64,000 nt of DNA from a virus (lineage: Duplodnaviria; Caudoviricetes): IMG/VR virus record IMGVR_UViG_3300050159_000048; one strand, given 5' to 3'. Numbering within the stretch: the first letter of the stretch is position 1; every line of letters begins with the position of its first letter. The notes beneath the pieces were generated by a model that saw nothing but the letters and a program-made list of their open reading frames with translations, did no database searches and was not told the DNA's origin. Made by a program: the position numbers and the translations under genes. Below, piece after piece: positions 27,764 through 37,095 of the stretch.

Positions 27764-28293
27764 TAGAACTCCAATGCGTCTGTTGCGTCTGTCTTCTTGC
27801 CGCGCTTTGGCTTAGCTGTGGGATCGTCGGAGGCCTTGAGCTCACGACGAATTTTGGCGATCTCTTCTTGCTGCCAACCCATCAGTTCAGCCATTTCGAT
27901 AATCTGCGTCCGCGTGAGAATGTTCATTGCATCAGCTGCGTGTGATGAGCTGTATCCGAAGTACTCTGCCACGCACCGAACGGCATTTGGCCGGCCGGTT
28001 TCACGCTTGTTTGGCGCTTTATTCCACAAGTATCGCTGCTTCTTGCCGGCACTTGCAACTGTGGTTAACTTCCACAGCAACTCGGGATGTTTGTATAGCG
28101 AAAAAGTATACGGATTCACAAACTCATTGAGAAAGTAAATCTGACCAGCATTCGATGCGCCAGACATCCAGCGCGTAACAATCAGCGGCTGAAAAGCCTT
28201 TTGCTCGTCAGCCGCTAGTTCGTTGTAAAACTTGGAATCTTTTACGTTTGCAGCGTTGAGCACACGAAAGATGTCTAGTTTAGGTTCAGCCAT
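27763..28293 (-). CDS. clamp loader small subunit (gp62-like)
   Basis: FQPLIVTRWMS, NEFVN, HPELLWKL; near the clamp loader ATPase. Confidence 0.6.
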   Translation of the reverse strand: MAEPKLDIFRVLNAANVKDSKFYNELAADEQKAFQPLIVTRWMSGASNAGQIYFLNEFVNPYTFSLYKHPELLWKLTTVASAGKKQRYLWNKAPNKRETGRPNAVRCVAEYFGYSSSHAADAMNILTRTQIIEMAELMGWQQEEIAKIRRELKASDDPTAKPKRGKKTDATDALEF

Positions 28294-28621
28294 TTTGCAG
28301 TAGTTTGAATTGACGTTCGCAGAACTTACACGTCACAAGCTCACCCTTCTGAGCAAGATGAGTGTACGGGTGAACGCACGTATGTACCATCTCTCGACGG
28401 AGGGCTGAGATGTCGTCGATGATTGGCTGCTTTTCAGCCATCAATGCGACGATCTGTTCCTCAATCGGTCGCAGCCTTGCGATTAGCGACACCATGTTGT
28501 CCAGCTTCCGCTCCCACGAAACCTTCTCACTTCGTGTAGCTTTGTCAGCAATCGCCTCAAGCTGGCGGCGTGCTGACGCTTGTTCCTGGGTTTCCCCATC
28601 AGGCTTTTTGCGTCGTGTCAT
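28286..28621 (-). CDS. hypothetical protein
   Basis: coiled coil followed by CVHP..CKFC. Confidence 0.6.
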   Translation of the reverse strand: MTRRKKPDGETQEQASARRQLEAIADKATRSEKVSWERKLDNMVSLIARLRPIEEQIVALMAEKQPIIDDISALRREMVHTCVHPYTHLAQKGELVTCKFCERQFKLLQNG

Positions 28622-28968
28622 TATTGGTTTCCTTCCACCGACTGCATAATACGCAGCAGGTTAATTAGGTAGTGATAGGTGGCATAATCAGCAGCTTCTG
28701 CTTCAGCTTCTTGGCTGGCTTGGTACTCTTGCTCCTCATCACGAAGGTTAGCGAGCTCCTCGTTCACTCGAGTGATGAGTAATTCTTCTACCTCATTCAC
28801 TGCCTGTTCGTATCGCAGGCTTGTCACTTCTCGTTCTAAGTCGCTGAGACGGTGTTCGAGAGCGCGGATTCGGTCAGATTGAGATTTGGTGTCCGGTGAG
28901 AACCCCGCTCCGGATGCAGCAGTGGGGTTCAGAGTGTTGTTGTAGGTGTATTGACCAAACGATGCCAT
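28621..28968 (-). CDS. hypothetical coiled-coil protein
   Basis: AAGGAG SD before MASFGQ. Confidence 0.6.
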   Translation of the reverse strand: MASFGQYTYNNTLNPTAASGAGFSPDTKSQSDRIRALEHRLSDLEREVTSLRYEQAVNEVEELLITRVNEELANLRDEEQEYQASQEAEAEAADYATYHYLINLLRIMQSVEGNQ

Positions 28969-28978
28969 ATTGTTCTCC

Positions 28979-29920
28979 TTATACTTGGCCGAGACGAATG
29001 AATAGTGCTGCAGCATTGATCTCAGGATCAGCTACAAACGTGTGTTTGTATAGGTGTTCGGCGATCAAAGTAATCGCCTCTTCCCACTTATCTTTCTTGT
29101 TGAACTTGGGTGACGATGCGATGTTCTCGTACAGGTACTTGAACAAAGCTTCCCACTCTTCAGTAGTAACGTTGGCGCAAGCCAACTTCCGAGCACCTTC
29201 CCAATCATCTGATGCAATCAGGTTGATTAGCTCCATCCGCCATTCACCAGACCCTGCTGCTTTTGCTTCAGTTAACGTGCCGTCAACCGCGTGTTGTTGC
29301 AGTAGGTTGATGATTTTACGGATATCTGGATATCCAGCGGTAATGTACGCATCGAGTGCCTCCATCTTGAAATGGATATGTTCGTCGCGCAGCATATAGA
29401 TCATTTGTTCCGTAACATCCAACCGGTCAGCAGCTCGAAAGGTGTATTCTTGACAACGAGATCGAATGGGAGGGATCAGCTTGTTGATGTGGTTCGTCGT
29501 CATGATGAACCGTACACTGTCGCTTACTTCCTCCATGAACGCTTTCAACGCGTCCTGGGCTTCTGGTGTAAGCCGCTCAGCTTCTTCCAAGTGCACGATC
29601 TTGAACCGGCCGAGAGCCATTGACGTAGCGAAGTTGTAAATCTTCTCGCGGAAAGTATCAATCCCGCGTTCGTGAGAGGCATTGATAGTGCAAATGTCGG
29701 CTGGATCGAGGTCCATTGCCGAAATTAGAATCTGTGCAAGTGTCGTCTTGCCGGTGCCTTGTACACCCGCTAAGATTAGTTGGGGGATGGACTTATCACG
29801 CACCATTCGCGTGAATGCTTGTCGGTGCGTTTCGTTTTGAAAGACGTATTGCTCGAGGGTGCGAGGACGGTATTTTTCAACCCACAAAACGTGCTTATCT
29901 AGTGACATATGATTCTCCAT
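28979..29920 (-). CDS. clamp loader ATPase subunit (gp44/RFC-like)
   Basis: WVEKYRP, GVQGTGKTT, INAS.ERGID, EEAERLT..AQDAL, SRC. Confidence 0.93.
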   Translation of the reverse strand: MENHMSLDKHVLWVEKYRPRTLEQYVFQNETHRQAFTRMVRDKSIPQLILAGVQGTGKTTLAQILISAMDLDPADICTINASHERGIDTFREKIYNFATSMALGRFKIVHLEEAERLTPEAQDALKAFMEEVSDSVRFIMTTNHINKLIPPIRSRCQEYTFRAADRLDVTEQMIYMLRDEHIHFKMEALDAYITAGYPDIRKIINLLQQHAVDGTLTEAKAAGSGEWRMELINLIASDDWEGARKLACANVTTEEWEALFKYLYENIASSPKFNKKDKWEEAITLIAEHLYKHTFVADPEINAAALFIRLGQV

Positions 29921-29931
29921 GTTGTTCCGCT

Positions 29932-29960
29932 ATTATACGGAAGGGTACATGGAGAATCAA
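29932..29960 (-). promoter_or_regulatory. sigma70-like promoter
   Basis: TTGATT-17 nt-TATAAT upstream of the clamp loader. Confidence 0.65.
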
Positions 29961-29967
29961 CCGCGTC

Positions 29968-31224
29968 TTAAAGGTAAATGTCTACCCCGTGTTTGCGCAG
30001 CACCTCATAGATCGCGCTCTGTTCCCAACGTTCGTCGCGCGACAATTGATCACCGCCAGCTTCTTTTTGCTTGAGATACTTGTAGTGATCCATCAGCTCG
30101 CGCAGCTTGGCACTTCCTGCCGAGTCGTTTGTCACAGTTAAGTTAGTGAATGAGCGAGGCCGACGGGCTGGACCAACAGGAGTTGGAACAGGGGTTGGAT
30201 CAACAGCGTCGGAGACTGGCACAGATTCGGGTTCTGGTTCAACTTCAGTGATGTGAACGGGATCTTCAAACACAGGTTGAGGTGTTGTTTCTGGCTCTTC
30301 AACCGGTGCTAGGGTCAGTTCCGGTTCTGTCACAGACTCCGGCGCGAGTTCTGGCTCCGGAACAACGTCATCCTCGTATGAAACATGATCCGTCACCAAA
30401 CCACGCTCCATTTCCAATCCCTGCTTGACAGGCTTTGCTGGCTCCGGCTGTAGAGCCGGAGCTTGTTGTTGGGATTTACGCTCTTCTTCGCGCAGGCGTA
30501 GAACATTATTGACTGCCAGTGTCAGTGCGACAGCCATTGGATCGAAAGTGATAATGATCAAGAAGATTAGGTACTTCGTAGCATCATCAGATTCAAGACC
30601 AACCGCCTTCGCAATGTACGTAATTGGACCAATATGGGCTTCTGTTTGGATAATATCCTGCTTCAAAGCCAGTAATTGCTTGTCCAATTCAGCAACTCGC
30701 TGCGTGGCAGCCTCTTGTTCGGCCTTATACTGACGACCCAAACTTTCGCGGGCTCGAGTAGTTTCGCGTAGGGTCTTGGCAGCGTTCTTGTCAATTTCAC
30801 CCTTGGTGTTGTTGACGGAGGTTACAGCAGGGCCGCCTGCAAGAATGTCGTCAATTTGACGTTTACGCTCCATAGCTCGCGTCTTTTCATCAGTGAGCAG
30901 TGTAATTTGCTCATTCTTTTGCTTCAGCGGCAGGACGTCTTGCTGGTAACCAGCCGACATATAACCAAAGATACCAATTGATGTGGTAATCATCAATCCA
31001 CCAACACCCGCGAGCAAATACCAACGAAGTAGGCGGTTCGTAGTGTCCCAGTAACGGTATAGGTATGAGGCAGCCACCAATTTGCCGGCCTCAAGCGAGC
31101 CGCCCATGACAACTACCGACCAAAACACACCACTAAAGGTGTGGGCAAGACCGTAAACACTGAAAAAAGCTGCAGAGAATGCGATCGCTGACGTCGCAGC
31201 GATCAGTAGTGCCACAAAAAGCAT
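29968..31224 (-). CDS. membrane-anchored coiled-coil protein
   Basis: three N-terminal TM segments, coiled coil, TM IIITFDPMAV, P/E-rich tail. Confidence 0.7.
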   Translation of the reverse strand: MLFVALLIAATSAIAFSAAFFSVYGLAHTFSGVFWSVVVMGGSLEAGKLVAASYLYRYWDTTNRLLRWYLLAGVGGLMITTSIGIFGYMSAGYQQDVLPLKQKNEQITLLTDEKTRAMERKRQIDDILAGGPAVTSVNNTKGEIDKNAAKTLRETTRARESLGRQYKAEQEAATQRVAELDKQLLALKQDIIQTEAHIGPITYIAKAVGLESDDATKYLIFLIIITFDPMAVALTLAVNNVLRLREEERKSQQQAPALQPEPAKPVKQGLEMERGLVTDHVSYEDDVVPEPELAPESVTEPELTLAPVEEPETTPQPVFEDPVHITEVEPEPESVPVSDAVDPTPVPTPVGPARRPRSFTNLTVTNDSAGSAKLRELMDHYKYLKQKEAGGDQLSRDERWEQSAIYEVLRKHGVDIYL

Positions 31225-31225
31225 G

Positions 31226-31798
31226 TTATTCCTTCGGGACGTAGGCTAGAATGTTTTCTTCTTTGATGAAGGCCAAGTCAAACCCACCATGTTGGAACTT
31301 GTCAGAAAAGTTCGGCATCGCGTGGTAAATCGTTGACTTTTCCAGTTCCGTCATACACTTGGGGCCAAGGTGAGTCACAAGTCCGGTTTGGGTGTCTTCT
31401 TGGCCGCCTACGACCACAATACCAAATGATGACTTTGCTGCTGCAGCCTTGCGTTCTACGAAAATGACCCAGTCGGCAAGAGGATTGCAGCGGGAATCGT
31501 TGCTGTCGCGAACAGCAACGACCTCTTTCTCATCAGTCTTCCAGTACTTTTGGCCGTCCATGGAGAAATAGCTGGTCCACCGTAGATTGGGCAGCAGCGC
31601 CTGCATGCCTGGCTTCACTGTTTCACAACCAGGACCAACCGCAACCACGTTAACCCAACGTGGTTGCTTGGCACTATCATCCACTGACGCTTGCAAATAG
31701 ATGCCTGAATCGGTGCGGTCTTTTTCAAACTGACCTTGCGAATTTACGCGGTCAACAAACTGAAATATGATGTTATTCTTTATTGGTTTGATGTTCAT
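31226..31798 (-). CDS. co-chaperonin with two tandem GroES-like domains
   Basis: IKPIKNNI..TDSGIYL..VVAVGPG..EKEVVAV, then NPLADWV..SSFGIVV..GLVTHLGP..IKEENILA. Confidence 0.75.
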   Translation of the reverse strand: MNIKPIKNNIIFQFVDRVNSQGQFEKDRTDSGIYLQASVDDSAKQPRWVNVVAVGPGCETVKPGMQALLPNLRWTSYFSMDGQKYWKTDEKEVVAVRDSNDSRCNPLADWVIFVERKAAAAKSSFGIVVVGGQEDTQTGLVTHLGPKCMTELEKSTIYHAMPNFSDKFQHGGFDLAFIKEENILAYVPKE

Positions 31799-31800
31799 CG

Positions 31801-32040
31801 TTAGTCTTTCGAATCTTCTAACTCTTCGGGGGTTGCATTGGATACTGTGTCCGGAACGGGCACAATCTCAGTAGTTTCTGTAGCCATGCGCTTCAGACGA
31901 CGTTTGAACTTACGATCAACGAAGTCCTCACGTGCTTGAACGGTGGTTGGTTTTGGTGCTGACGCAATTTGTTGTTTGATAGTGATCAAATCAAAATCAA
32001 CCATTTCTCCGCGCGCGCTTCGTGCAATCTTTTTCGCCAT
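31801..32040 (-). CDS. hypothetical protein
   Basis: GAGGA SD before MAKKIARS. Confidence 0.6.
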   Translation of the reverse strand: MAKKIARSARGEMVDFDLITIKQQIASAPKPTTVQAREDFVDRKFKRRLKRMATETTEIVPVPDTVSNATPEELEDSKD

Positions 32041-32050
32041 AACATCCTCT

Positions 32051-32602
32051 TTATTCGTGTAGGAAGTCGCCAATATCTAGGTCATACTCATAACTGTCCA
32101 CGTCATGGACACCAATAATGTATAACACGTAGGACGACACGCTACTACCACGACCAACACCCCATATGATGTCGTTAGCGGTTAGCGTATTTATGATCCA
32201 AATTATTGCCCGCAAAACGTCAAACAAGCCAAGCTTCTTGTACTGACGCAACTCTTCAACCAATCGCCGCTCTCGTTGATCGATGTCATCTTCGTCCAAA
32301 CCCTCCATTAAGATGGAGTGGGCACGAGAAATATAATCAACCACATCGAGGCGTTGATATTGCTGGGGAATCGTCCAGTTGGTTGACAACTCATTGCAAT
32401 GTTCTTTGGTGTGAATCTCTTCAGCACGTGATACGTTACGGTTATACTCACTGATCTGTGGAGTAATTTCAGTAACGTATCGCACATCATACTTGCGCAA
32501 TGCCAGCAGTAGTTTGTTCGGGTCAAATACTGAATCACCATCGAACCATATGGTTCGATCCTTGAGTACTGTTTTAGGCGTATAGTGAGTTGTATTGACC
32601 AT
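32051..32602 (-). CDS. dnaE: DNA polymerase III alpha-like fragment (region preceding catalytic DxD)
   Basis: RLVEEL..KLGLF, GVGRGSSVSSYVLYIIGVHDVD..DLDIGDFL. Confidence 0.8.
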   Translation of the reverse strand: MVNTTHYTPKTVLKDRTIWFDGDSVFDPNKLLLALRKYDVRYVTEITPQISEYNRNVSRAEEIHTKEHCNELSTNWTIPQQYQRLDVVDYISRAHSILMEGLDEDDIDQRERRLVEELRQYKKLGLFDVLRAIIWIINTLTANDIIWGVGRGSSVSSYVLYIIGVHDVDSYEYDLDIGDFLHE

Positions 32603-32993
32603 TTGACGTATCGATATCCGGAGCCCTCACAGCTCCGCCTTGACCCATTGACAGTGGCATGCCTCCAGTAGGAGCCATGGACGGAGCTGGTCGCGCTGCA
32701 GTTAGACCGCTAGGGCCGACGGGCATTGCCGGCATCACCGGTATTTGTGGTTGATACGTGGGTGGAATGTATTGCTGGCTAGGCGCTGCAACAGTTTGGT
32801 GAGCAGCCTGAGGTGCTGCCACCTCTTCTAGTGATTCAATCATCGACCGAATCTTGGCCCATTGACGAGCACTAGGCACCCAACTGTCCGTGTCTGATGC
32901 AAACTCAACCGCTTCGATGAATGTTTTTAAGTCGCGTACGGTAGTCTTTTTCTCTGTCATGATTGCCTCAATTTCCAATAAGATCACCAACAA
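32574..32993 (-). CDS. hypothetical protein
   Basis: Pro/Met-rich C-terminus; overlaps neighbours. Confidence 0.55.
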   Translation of the reverse strand: MLVILLEIEAIMTEKKTTVRDLKTFIEAVEFASDTDSWVPSARQWAKIRSMIESLEEVAAPQAAHQTVAAPSQQYIPPTYQPQIPVMPAMPVGPSGLTAARPAPSMAPTGGMPLSMGQGGAVRAPDIDTSNGQYNSLYA

Positions 32994-33459
32994 TGATGTC
33001 TTTTAGGTACTTATTGTACGTATCGCTCGGGCTAACACACACCCATTCCTCTGGTCCCACGGGGTGGCACAGCATTTGGTGCTTGTTCAAAGAAGGGCCA
33101 ACATTGCGATACTCTACGTGGTAATTCGTAACTGTAATGATTTCGGGCGTTGGGTATGATTTGGATGGTCCATACGAGAACGCTGTGAACTGACGACCAG
33201 CGGCCTCTGCAAGTTGGACAACATCCAACTGCGCGGTGTCGCGATCATATACGAGAATGTTCCAGTTCGCTGGAAGTGTGAACTGGAAGCCTCGGATCAT
33301 CAGAGTCATTGACGGGCATACCACCTCCTCCAACATCATTAGAGGAGCAAGCATGAAGTCGAGTGCGTTTAGGTCGAGAACCCAGAGGTGCTCCGATACC
33401 GTCGGACCGTGGATGTTATCCAGGATGATTGGCTGAGAGTCACCGTCGAAAATTAGCAT
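32968..33459 (-). CDS. hypothetical protein
   Basis: 163-aa ORF with AAGGA SD. Confidence 0.6.
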   Translation of the reverse strand: MLIFDGDSQPIILDNIHGPTVSEHLWVLDLNALDFMLAPLMMLEEVVCPSMTLMIRGFQFTLPANWNILVYDRDTAQLDVVQLAEAAGRQFTAFSYGPSKSYPTPEIITVTNYHVEYRNVGPSLNKHQMLCHPVGPEEWVCVSPSDTYNKYLKDIIVGDLIGN

Positions 33460-33485
33460 GTTGTTATCCTTATAGGTGCTACACT

Positions 33486-35021
33486 TTACTCTTGATCGTC
33501 TTGGAAGTCAAGAATCTCAAGATTATGGTAACTAAGTTTACGTTTCTTGTACTTGTACCGAGCTTCGTCGTAGTAGTTGAGCCGTTGGCGTAGATGCTTT
33601 TTTCCGTGCTTCAAATCAGAACAGATGTCCGTCATGTGCAGGTTTTTCTTGTCGTGAGCCGTACGCAGCCCACGACCAATTGCCTGAATTACACGGATGA
33701 ATGACTTACCAATGTCAACTGTTACTAGGTTGAAGATTCGACGAATGTTCAGACCCACGGCTGCAATGTGCACTGTGGCGATCACGATGAGGTCATCGTG
33801 ATCCTTAAACATATCGTAGATCAACTGACGTTCTTTGGCTTTCTTAACGTCTTGGCCGTTAACGAAGATCGCGCCCGGGATTAAACTCGCCAACTCACGA
33901 CCGTACGAAATTGAGTCCACGAAACACAGGGTATTCCCCTTCTTTGCGTCGCGTTTTGCAATCAAGTAGTCAGCAATCCACTCAGTCCGTTCGGTCTTCC
34001 GCTGCATATACGACTTTTCAGAAGCAAAGTCAGGGAAATAGCCGTCTTTGAATTGAGTATATGTCGGTGGCTTACTGCCAATCATGTCTTCGTCACAGAA
34101 TTGCTTGTATTCCTTTGTCAAGTCCTCATCCAGCTGGACAACGTCAATGTGAAGCTGAGCCAGAATGCCGCGCGCCATCAGTTCTTCGGCAGTGACAGTG
34201 CCTCGAACAGGGCCAAGGGCTGTCTTGATTGTTAGGACGTCAGACGGACTCTTGGGCAGCGTTCCCGTCACACCAAACCTGAACGGAATCTTGGCAGCAT
34301 GGTCGGTTAGAATCTTCTGCAGCACATTGCCCTTAGCTCCGTGACACTCGTCAACCAGTACCATCCCGAACAATTCAATCAACTTCGGGTTGTTCTTCAG
34401 TGCTTGCCAGGTGGATACGACGTGTTGATGGTCGTAATCTTTGGATGTACCACTGTATTCGCCTGTATCCAGACCGCAATTGACGTAGTCCTTCTTTGTG
34501 TTGGTGATCAGATCCTGGTTCGGAACAATCGTTAACGTCTTAACACCAATTTTGCCATACGCATTGCACAGAGCTGCACACAACAGTGTCTTACCAGCAC
34601 CGGTTGATGCAATGATGAGTCCGTTGCCGTGTTCGATCAGCAGATTAACGTTGTCGTACTGGTAGTCGCGCAGAATGATTGGAGTGCCGTCGTCAGGGTG
34701 CAATACCGCAGCGAACTCGTTTGCATCGATTGTGGCAGCGTGGCGCAGTGGCAGACGTAGGTCTTCCAGCTCAATCTTATAGCCAAACTTTATGATCTTA
34801 GGGACGATCTCTTCCAACAGGTACACATACGTACGACCAGTCTTCTGATAGTACCGAATCTTTCCGTCCCACTGACCGAGTTTGAATTTCGGGTTAAAGA
34901 AATAGTTCTCCGCTGGGACAGCGTATTTGTTGTAGAAGAATTCGTGATGATCTCCGTGTAATCCAACGATTACAGCCGTAACCTCATCGAGGATACGGAC
35001 TTTGCATGTAGCTTGGGTCAT
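33486..35021 (-). CDS. uvsW: UvsW-like SF2 DNA helicase
   Basis: LRDYQ, STGAGKT, VDECH, GVTGT, GLNI, QAIGRGLR. Confidence 0.92.
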   Translation of the reverse strand: MTQATCKVRILDEVTAVIVGLHGDHHEFFYNKYAVPAENYFFNPKFKLGQWDGKIRYYQKTGRTYVYLLEEIVPKIIKFGYKIELEDLRLPLRHAATIDANEFAAVLHPDDGTPIILRDYQYDNVNLLIEHGNGLIIASTGAGKTLLCAALCNAYGKIGVKTLTIVPNQDLITNTKKDYVNCGLDTGEYSGTSKDYDHQHVVSTWQALKNNPKLIELFGMVLVDECHGAKGNVLQKILTDHAAKIPFRFGVTGTLPKSPSDVLTIKTALGPVRGTVTAEELMARGILAQLHIDVVQLDEDLTKEYKQFCDEDMIGSKPPTYTQFKDGYFPDFASEKSYMQRKTERTEWIADYLIAKRDAKKGNTLCFVDSISYGRELASLIPGAIFVNGQDVKKAKERQLIYDMFKDHDDLIVIATVHIAAVGLNIRRIFNLVTVDIGKSFIRVIQAIGRGLRTAHDKKNLHMTDICSDLKHGKKHLRQRLNYYDEARYKYKKRKLSYHNLEILDFQDDQE

Positions 35022-35476
35022 AGTTCTGAGTCATGCACGCTGTCGCATCGTGCGTTTGTGATGTCACGTAGTGCAAAACCGCGCTTTGTGAACGCGTCAC
35101 ACGCCGCGCTATACTTCTCGTATAGTTCTTCACACTCCAAATACAGCTCGTACACCGTCAGGTAGTCGGTTTCTGCATCAACGTAGTTGTTCAGCTGACG
35201 TTCACCAAGGTCACGAGAGTAGTTCTCTTTGTACCTACGAATCAGTGTCCCACGAACCTTAGCAACTTGACTGTCCATGTATTTCAGCAGGACCTTCAGT
35301 TCAGCTTTGCGCGACTCGTAGTAGTACGAGTTTGATGCTTGTTCGCGGAGCGCAACTTCCAACATCTTGCCTTTGACTGCAAGATCCTGTGTGATATTGG
35401 CGAATGCTTGCTCGTAATCAGCGATGATTTGTGGTAGATTGGCGAATGACTTCCCCAAATCTTGAATTCTGCTCAT
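35018..35476 (-). CDS. uvsY: UvsY-like recombination mediator
   Basis: helical 152 aa, YVDAE, RGFALRDI; between UvsX and UvsW. Confidence 0.7.
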   Translation of the reverse strand: MSRIQDLGKSFANLPQIIADYEQAFANITQDLAVKGKMLEVALREQASNSYYYESRKAELKVLLKYMDSQVAKVRGTLIRRYKENYSRDLGERQLNNYVDAETDYLTVYELYLECEELYEKYSAACDAFTKRGFALRDITNARCDSVHDSEL

Positions 35477-35973
35477 TGCATTTTATCCCTTGTTTGCTGC
35501 TGGAAAAACAGCATCTGTTGTATTTGTTCTTTAGACAAGGATGCGGATTCTTGGGTAGCTGGTTGTGTTACCGGCGACGGTTCTGTAGTTTCAACAAACG
35601 CCTTGGTCAGAAACTGCTTAATGTCGTCCTTGCTATCAAACGCTCGAGCCAGCGGAAGGCTCAAGTGCAGCATTTGCTCAACATATACAGGAACAGTGTC
35701 ACCACGAGTCTCTGACATTTGCTTCAGAATCGGTGACTTGTTTGTTTGTGGGTTGTATCCAATGGTGAATACCACCAACAACACCTGTTCAACTATCCTG
35801 ACCTCTTCCCACTGAATGTCGTCTTGGGTAGATTCTAGCAGCTCAATCAGCGCTGGGAGAGTTGTCTCCCCCAGCATCGTCATTATTTGCTCGTTGAAGC
35901 TACGGTGTGCTTGTTCACGCTGGTCAAACAAGTTAACCAGCTGTTCGATACGGGACAACTTTGAATCAGCCAT
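35473..35973 (-). CDS. hypothetical protein
   Basis: 166-aa coupled ORF. Confidence 0.6.
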   Translation of the reverse strand: MADSKLSRIEQLVNLFDQREQAHRSFNEQIMTMLGETTLPALIELLESTQDDIQWEEVRIVEQVLLVVFTIGYNPQTNKSPILKQMSETRGDTVPVYVEQMLHLSLPLARAFDSKDDIKQFLTKAFVETTEPSPVTQPATQESASLSKEQIQQMLFFQQQTRDKMQ

Positions 35974-37024
35974 TCCACACCGAGTCTTGAACGCGCATCA
36001 CCAGTTCAGCTGCATAATGAATGTCCGGCTTCTTCGGAAGCTTTGTAGCGACATACAGTTCTTCACGAACGCGTTTGTCCATTCGCTCTGCATACTCCAC
36101 GATGTCCTCATACGACCAAGAGCCGTTGCGGATGGCCAACAACTCAGCCGCGTCGGGACGGCGAACGTGTAGGATTCCTGTTTCCAAAGCCTCCGCACCC
36201 ATTCGCAGCAGGCGGACCAGATGCATTGCGTGCTTCGTGTCGTAGCCGTATTTTTCTTCCAGCTCGCTACGCTTTTCGTTGCGATTCTTCTTCCACGTCC
36301 AGTAGTTCGACCACATATCTTTGTCGGCATCGTATACGGAGCGGTTGAACTTAACAATGAACTTAGGTGTGCCAAGTTCATGGCTATCACCTTCGTAATC
36401 GGAGTTCAAGCTACCCGTCTCGAGGTTATACGGTGAGTACCCAGGCGCGGAGAAGACGCCAAACGTATCGCCACTAAACGGAACCAGTCGATGATTCTCG
36501 TACAGATCACGCAGCCGCACCTTGAATGTCTTAGCGCCAGTGAAGTTGTGCACCAAAGACATGTAATCAACCTGTTGTGGTCGTGCTTCTGGTTGTGGGT
36601 TATTGATCCACTTGTTATGTCCTTTGATTCGCTTCAGTTGTGATAGCGCATAACCAGACGTAGTAAAAGCGATCTTGCTGGATAGCAGCTTTGGGGCCGC
36701 TGCGCGAAGCAGCTCATATGCGGGCGTAGAAAATACAACGTCCCGCTCATCCACCCACAGAGTTTCGATCACATTCGGGTTGCAGTCGAGAGCGAGCTTC
36801 ATGAACTGAGCTAGTTCATAAATGACTGTATCTTCCTCAGCTTGATCTTCTTTTTGGTTGATCGTGTAGAACGGAGTGCGCACGTTGATTGGGTCAGCAC
36901 AGAAAATCCCACGGAAATCCGTATCGGATGTTGGTAGGTTTGTCCCGTAAGCGATTGACCCAGCGTAGTGTTTGACTAGCAGGTTGTCGCGGATTAATTC
37001 GTCGGCTGTCTTGATTTTGGCCAT
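35966..37024 (-). CDS. nucleotidyltransferase (Pol beta superfamily)
   Basis: GSIAYGTNLPTSDTDFRGIF, NPNVIETLW, GYDTKHAMHLVRLL. Confidence 0.85.
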   Translation of the reverse strand: MAKIKTADELIRDNLLVKHYAGSIAYGTNLPTSDTDFRGIFCADPINVRTPFYTINQKEDQAEEDTVIYELAQFMKLALDCNPNVIETLWVDERDVVFSTPAYELLRAAAPKLLSSKIAFTTSGYALSQLKRIKGHNKWINNPQPEARPQQVDYMSLVHNFTGAKTFKVRLRDLYENHRLVPFSGDTFGVFSAPGYSPYNLETGSLNSDYEGDSHELGTPKFIVKFNRSVYDADKDMWSNYWTWKKNRNEKRSELEEKYGYDTKHAMHLVRLLRMGAEALETGILHVRRPDAAELLAIRNGSWSYEDIVEYAERMDKRVREELYVATKLPKKPDIHYAAELVMRVQDSVWNG

Positions 37025-37041
37025 GATAATTTCCCAAAAGA

Positions 37042-37075
37042 AAATGGTGCACAATATCCCTATTGTGCACCATTT
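37042..37075. terminator. hairpin after uvsX (probable terminator)
   Basis: AAATGGTGCACAATA-TCCC-TATTGTGCACCATTT, 15-bp stem. Confidence 0.7.
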
Positions 37076-37095
37076 ACCGATTAATGTCAACCGGG

